A DNA stretch of 64,000 nt from Scyliorhinus canicula (taxonomy: Eukaryota), in contig NC_052157.1 in assembly GCF_902713615.1 (NCBI RefSeq), positions 61,654,146 to 61,718,145 on the forward strand. The letters run 5' to 3'. Of this stretch, positions 58,680 to 64,000 are shown piece by piece (the stretch's first letter is position 1; every line of letters begins with the position of its first letter). The notes beneath the pieces are model-generated. The model had not been told where the DNA came from. It saw nothing but the letters and a program-made list of their open reading frames with translations, and searched no databases. A program made the position numbers and the translations under genes.

Positions 58680-61595
58680 TTGGTACAGTGAAGGACGAGA
58701 GGAGTACGGTGGTAGTGGACCGGAGGGGGTGAATGGAGGAATGGAGGCCTTTTATAGGTGGCTGTATGAGTCAGAGCCCTGACAGGGAAGAGGGAATGTG
58801 GCAGTTCCTAGATGGGTTGGAGGAGGGGCAGGTTTCGGACCAGGGGGCCCCCATTGGTAATGGATGGCATGGGTGCGATACAGGCAGAGAAGGCCCTGGT
58901 CTGGATGGGTTCCCAGTAGAGTTTTATAAAAAGATTGGGGTGGAGCTCAGGCCACTGCTGGTTAGGATGTATAATGAGAAGAGGGAGAGAGACCAGCTCC
59001 CCCCTACATTGTCGCAGGCTTCCATCTTCCTGATTTTAAAGAAGGCTAAGGACCCAGAGCAGTGTGGGTTATACTGCCCGGTAACGTTATTGAATGTCGA
59101 TGTCAAGCTATTAGCGAAGGTGCTGGCATCGCAGATTAGGACTGTGTGCCGGGTTAATTGGGGTGGATCAGATGGATTTTGTGAAAGGAAGACAGTTGTT
59201 GACAAATGTGCAGAGGTTACTTACTGTGATTATGATGCCTTTGGAGGGGCATGAGGTAGAGGTCGTGGTTGGGATGGACACGGAGAAGGCTTTTGATTGG
59301 GTGGAGTGGTTGTATTTGTTTGAAGTGTTGGGGCGGTTTCGGTTCGGGCAGGGGTTTGTGGATTGCATCCGGCTGTTGCACAAGGCGCCAGTGGCGAGTG
59401 TGCGGACGAACCGGATGAGTTTGAGGTACTTTGAGCTACATCGTGGGATGAGGCAGGGGTGTCCACTCTCCCCAATGCTTTTTGCCATGGTGATAGAGCT
59501 GTTGGCAATGGTGCTTAGAGCATTGAGGGATTGGAGATGGATTGATCAGGAGGGTGCTGATTATAGGGATATGCGGATGACCTATTGTATATTTCGACTG
59601 TGATGAATGGTTACTGTCATGCTGCATTACTGTACACCTATAATCATGTAGGTGATGCCCCTTTAAGACTGGGTTTGGAACCCGGGGGCCTCAGCCTCCG
59701 GCTCCGCCCACCAGGGAGTTGTATATAAGGGGCCGCTCTGTAGGTGGCACCCAGTAAGCACCCAACTCGGCATCAGGCTAGTTCTCAGCTTATTAAAGCC
59801 TTCTTTTATCGATTTATACTACTGTGTCGTTATTGAGGGTACTACATCGACCCAATGGGCAACATTGGGGGGATTATGGGAATCTTGGGGCAGTTTGGCC
59901 GGTTTTCAGGATATAAATTGAACATGGAAAAGAGTGAGATGTTCCAATCAATGTCAGAGGGCGGGAAGGAGATTAGAGGAGTTGCCATTTAGAGTGGTGG
60001 GGACGAGCTTCAGGTACTAGGTATTCAAGCTGTGCGGAGATGGGCCCAGCTGCATGGATTGAACTTGACTCGATTGGTGGAGGGGACGAAGGTGGATTTT
60101 AAGAGGTGGGATGTTTTGCCGCTGTCGTTGGCTGGGTGGGGGCAGACAGTGAAAATGTGGTGCTGCCTTACACTCTGTGTTTCAGAACCTCTCCATGTTT
60201 TTTTTAAGGAAAGTCAATGGGCTGATCTTGGGGTTTGTATGGGTGGGGAAGGCCGTATGGGTGAGGCGGACTTTTCTGGACCAAGTGGTGGGGGGCTGGC
60301 ATTTCCGAATTTGATAAATTATCATTGGGCGGCAAATATTGTGATGGTGAGAAAAGTGGGCTGTTGAGGAGAGATCAGTCTGGGGACAGATAGAGGCGGT
60401 AAGTGCAGGGAAATGAGTTTGCGGGCTTTGTTGTTGGCGCCTTTGCTGCTCTCGCCGGCCAGGTACTCCATGAGTCCAGTGGTGGCGCTGGTTTTAAAGG
60501 TGTGGGGACAGTGTAGGCAGCATTTTGGGCTGGAGGGTTTGTCATTGTGGGTGCTGATCTGTGACAACCATAGCTTTGTGCCAGCATGGCTGGCTGCAAG
60601 GTTGTGAGGGTGGTGGCAGGTAAGGATTGAGTACTTCAGGGACTTGTTTATCAGGGGCAAATTTGCAGGGCTGGAGGAATTGTATGAGTTGCCCAAGGTG
60701 AATAGTTTTAGGTACCTGCAGGTTTGCGATTGTGTGAGGAGAAAGGTGCCATACTTCCTGGAGATGCCGCCTCCGGTGCTGTTATCGGAAAACCTAATGG
60801 GGGAGGGGTAGGTGTCGGATATTTATAAGGAATTGATGGAGAGGCAGGACGCTCCGGTGGAGGATATTAAAACAAGTGGGAGAGGAAGCTGGGAGGAGAG
60901 GTGAGGGCCGGGATGTGGGCGGAGGTCTTGCGGAGGGTGAATGCATGCTCTTCATGTGCGAGGTTAAGCCTTCTCCAGTTTAAAGTGGTGCATAGGGCCC
61001 GCATGCTGGTGGTGAGGATGAGCAGGTTCTTTGCGGGGGTGGAGGATAGGTGTGGATGGTGGGCCGGAGGGCCTACAAATCATGTCCACATGTTCGGGCA
61101 TGCCCAAAACTGAGGGGGTCTGGCAGGTGTTCTCGGCACGTGGGGTGTGAGGGTGGTTCCAAGTCCGGAGGTGGCAATATTTGGTGTGTCAGAAGTCCTG
61201 GGATTCCAGGGGGGAGAGAGAGCCTGGTGTATTGGCCTTTGCTTCCCTGATTGCCTGGAGATGGATTTTGTTGGTTTGGCAGGACTCGAAGCCACCAAAA
61301 GCAGAGGTGAGGGTGCGCAAATTCCTGAGGTTGGAGAAGGCCAAGTTCGCTCTGCTGGGTTTGGTAAAGGGATTCGACCGGAGTTGGAAACCGTTCATGA
61401 ATTTTTTCAAGGAGAATTGTGGGGTCAGCAAGGGGGAGATAATAAGGGAGTTAAAATGGGGAATGCAGGACGTGGCGGGATGTTGGTGTCGGGAGAGGAG
61501 GGGTGAGGTTGGATAGTTGTGGTTGTTTATTGAGTTGATGTGTTGTTCTTCAGATATTCGTGTATTTTTGTTAAAAGCCTTCAATTAAAATATAT
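58680..61595 (+). mobile_element. Tx1/L1-clade LINE 3' part (degenerate RT to 3' end)
   Basis: PGLDGFPVEFYKK, TLLNVDVKLLAK, MDTEKAFDWVEW, RQGCPLSP, QFKVVHR; A-rich end. Confidence 0.85.
59599..59846 (+). mobile_element. Solo Gypsy LTR with 5-bp TSD (TCGAC)
   Basis: TGTGATGA...GAGGGTACTACA; TCGAC at 59594-59598 and 59847-59851; TATA-like and ATTAAA signals. Confidence 0.9.
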
Positions 61596-61762
61596 TAAAG
61601 GAAAATTGCATCATCTCCGCAAGACACGGGGGACCTTTTACAAACATGAAGACAAAACCAGGCACCTGCTGGCTCACCAGCTGAGAAAGCAAGCAGCGCA
61701 AGGGAAATAGCTCAGGTTAAAGACACATGCAGTAGGATAGTCGCTGCACCAGAAAAGATTAG

Positions 61763-62016
61763 TGTGATGATATGATCTGCATACTCGTCTGCCATTGGGC
61801 CAGAACGTCGGCTTACCATTGGCCCTGGTGCGTCATGTGCCTCTCGACCGATTGGCCGAGAGGATGAGTTAACCACGCCTCTATCAACGAGGTATAAATG
61901 CTCAGAAGCCTGACGATCGTCCCTTTCCACTGTAGACGATCGCCAGGCTGTGTTCTAGTTAATTAAAGCCTGACATTGGTAAATCACTCGCCTCACGTGC
62001 AATCGATGGTGCATCA
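61763..62016 (+). mobile_element. 5' LTR of a young Gypsy element (inserted in a Tx1/L1 fragment, 61600-61762)
   Basis: TGTGATGA...GATGGTGCATCA; TATAAA at 61893; ATTAAA at 61962. Confidence 0.85.
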
Positions 62017-62040
62017 ATTTAATTAACTACAACTTTGAAG

Positions 62041-64000
62041 ATGGAGTTCCGCATCAAGCCCGAATGCCTCCGCATCAGCCCGCAAACTCCGAACTCTACA
62101 GAACTTTTCAAACTCTGGCTGACTTGCCTCGAAGGGTTCCTGGCATCTACAACCACCCCCCCCACCGGGGCACAGAAGTTGCACGTCCTCCACTCCAGCG
62201 TGGGTATTGATGCTTACTCAATAATCGAAGACGAAACAGATTATGATGACGCTATGCAAAAGCTAAAAGGACAATTCATCAAACCGATCAACAGGGTATT
62301 CGCTCGACATCTGCTGGCCACCAGAAAGCAGGTCCCCGGTGAGTCTCTAGACCAATACGCCCGGGCCCTCTGTGCCCTGGGGAGAGGTTGCGCCTGTGAA
62401 GCGGTGTCCGCTACAGAGCACATGGAGCTACTCGTCAGAGACGCTTACGTGGCTGGGATGCTGTCTCCCGTGATCCGCCAGCGGATGCTGGAAAGAGACG
62501 AACTCAGTTTGACGGAGACGCTGACTCTCTCCGCCTCCCTGGAGGTCGCAGATCTAAGCGCTCGCACCTATGACCCTGGCCAGGCCGCCTCCTGGCACGC
62601 TTCCCACCAGCTACCCACCGCTCCCGGCCTCCCTCAGGCTTGTGCCGCGGGGCGACCCGATAAATCCGCGGGGCCCCGCTGCTACTTTTGTGGGTACGCT
62701 AAGCACCCTCGCTCGCGCTGCCCAGCCCGCTCCGCCCTCTGTAAGAGCTGCGGGAAGAAGGGCCACTACTCCACAGTCTGCCAGGCCAAAATGCTGGCTG
62801 CAGCGTTTCTGGAAGCTGCACAGCACTCTCCCCCCCTCCCCCAGGCCTCTGCAAACGGCCTGTGTGCCTCCCTCTCTCCTCCAGGGCCGCCCCAGCTGCT
62901 CCCGACTCGCGCCCCGCCGGCCGACATGCGCACCTCCCCGGCCCCTCCAGGCCTCTGCCTGCCCGCCGCGCACGTTTCTCCCCCCCGCCCCCGGGCCCCG
63001 GCGCCCGACCGGCTCGCCTCTCCGGGCCCCCCTGGTCCCTGCCTGCCCGCAGCGGCCCTGCTTCCCCCGCTCCCGGACCCCGGCTCCCCCCACCCCCGGG
63101 CCCCGGCGCCCGACCGGCTCGCCTCTCCGGGCCCCCCCGGTCCCTGCCTGCCCGCAGCGCGACTCGGCTCCCCCCGCCCCCGGCCCCCCGCACCCGGCCC
63201 GCGCGCCTTACCTCCTCCCACAGCTGATGCACCTAGCCGGCGTCTTGGAGCCGGCCTGCGCGCCTCTCCGCTCACAGCGCCGGCAACGCTAGCTCCACCT
63301 CCAGCGGCCACGAGGGCTTCCTGGGCGCCGCCATCTTGGGGTGCCGACCCCACGTGCGGGTCCTGGGCGCCGCCATCTTGGGGCCCCGACCCCACGTGCG
63401 GGTCCTGGTCGCCGCCATCTTGGGGAACAGACCTCACCTGGGGATCCTGGCCACCGGCTTCCACATCTGCCACGCAAGGTCCCTCCAGCATGGAATCGGA
63501 CAGCGACGACGGATTTTCTCCACGGCTCGCGGCCGTTCACCCCACATATAGATCCTGGCCACCGACTTCCACATCTGCCACGCAAGGTCCCTCCAGCATG
63601 GAATCGGACAGCGACGACGAATTTTCTCCACAGCTCGCGGCCGTTCAGCTCGACCAGTCTCATCCACGCACGCTCGCCAAAACGACTACGCTGATCCACC
63701 TCAACGGCCACAAGACGGACTGCCTGCTGGACTCCGGGAGCACGGAAAGCTTCGTTCACCCTGACATGGTAAGACGCTGCGCGCTCCCTGTCCATCCCGT
63801 AACACGCAAAATCGGTTTAGCCTCAGGTTCGCACTACGTCCACATCACGGGGTGCTGCATCGCGGACCTCACGGTCCAAGGGAAGGTTTTTAAAAATTAT
63901 AAATTCCTTGTCCTCCCTGACCTTTGCGCACCGGCACTCCAAGGACTGGACTTCCAGTGCAACCTGCAGAGCTTGACTTTTCAATTCGGCGGCCCTATAC
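62041..64000 (+). CDS. Gypsy gag-pro(-pol) polyprotein, open to the window end (653 codons, no stop)
   Basis: Manual translation of frame 1 gives MEFRIKPE..FARHLLATRKQVPGESLDQY.., two CCHC knuckles (CYFCGYAKHPRSRC, CKSCGKKGHYSTVC), a Pro-rich spacer and protease LLDSGSTESF. Confidence 0.92.
   Translation, partial: MEFRIKPECLRISPQTPNSTELFKLWLTCLEGFLASTTTPPTGAQKLHVLHSSVGIDAYSIIEDETDYDDAMQKLKGQFIKPINRVFARHLLATRKQVPGESLDQYARALCALGRGCACEAVSATEHMELLVRDAYVAGMLSPVIRQRMLERDELSLTETLTLSASLEVADLSARTYDPGQAASWHASHQLPTAPGLPQACAAGRPDKSAGPRCYFCGYAKHPRSRCPARSALCKSCGKKGHYSTVCQAKMLAAAFLEAAQHSPPLPQASANGLCASLSPPGPPQLLPTRAPPADMRTSPAPPGLCLPAAHVSPPRPRAPAPDRLASPGPPGPCLPAAALLPPLPDPGSPHPRAPAPDRLASPGPPGPCLPAARLGSPRPRPPAPGPRALPPPTADAPSRRLGAGLRASPLTAPATLAPPPAATRASWAPPSWGADPTCGSWAPPSWGPDPTCGSWSPPSWGTDLTWGSWPPASTSATQGPSSMESDSDDGFSPRLAAVHPTYRSWPPTSTSATQGPSSMESDSDDEFSPQLAAVQLDQSHPRTLAKTTTLIHLNGHKTDCLLDSGSTESFVHPDMVRRCALPVHPVTRKIGLASGSHYVHITGCCIADLTVQGKVFKNYKFLVLPDLCAPALQGLDFQCNLQSLTFQFGGPI

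Noticed and set aside
62570-63795. Long Pro/Gly/Arg-rich ORFs listed in the track on both strands
   Set aside because: These are shadow frames of a GC-rich region; the motif-bearing frame is 62041 onward.

Overview
Eukaryotic, transposon-saturated genomic DNA, most likely from a cartilaginous fish (inferred from HE1/V-SINE-type SINEs, CR1/HER1-type LINE tails and an elasmobranch-type 33-bp satellite). Host gene content is small. A minus-strand Siglec/MAG/CD22-like gene is present as two paralogous candidate first exons (donors at 43355 and 39584), a signal-peptide exon (39167-39247) and an intact V-set Ig exon (23129-23491). A second, disabled V-set exon lies at 52007-52351. The rest is nested CR1, L2, Rex1/Babar and Tx1/L1 LINEs, SINEs, Gypsy, Copia and ERV LTR elements, and Harbinger and hAT DNA transposons. 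Three observations stand out. (1) A TSD-bounded Gypsy-type LTR element (26379-34303) in the Siglec intron has its pol replaced by a 19-bp minisatellite and an intronless, highly diverged NAP1-like histone-chaperone sequence. (2) Two different Gypsy elements lack a tRNA primer-binding site and instead carry, at the PBS position, a 12-13 nt perfect complement of their own LTR with compensatory changes, a candidate for self-priming. (3) An uninterrupted gag-protease ORF (62041 to the window end) is missing from the supplied ORF track. All calls come from manual reading and motif recognition; no database searches were run, and boundaries of degenerate elements are approximate.
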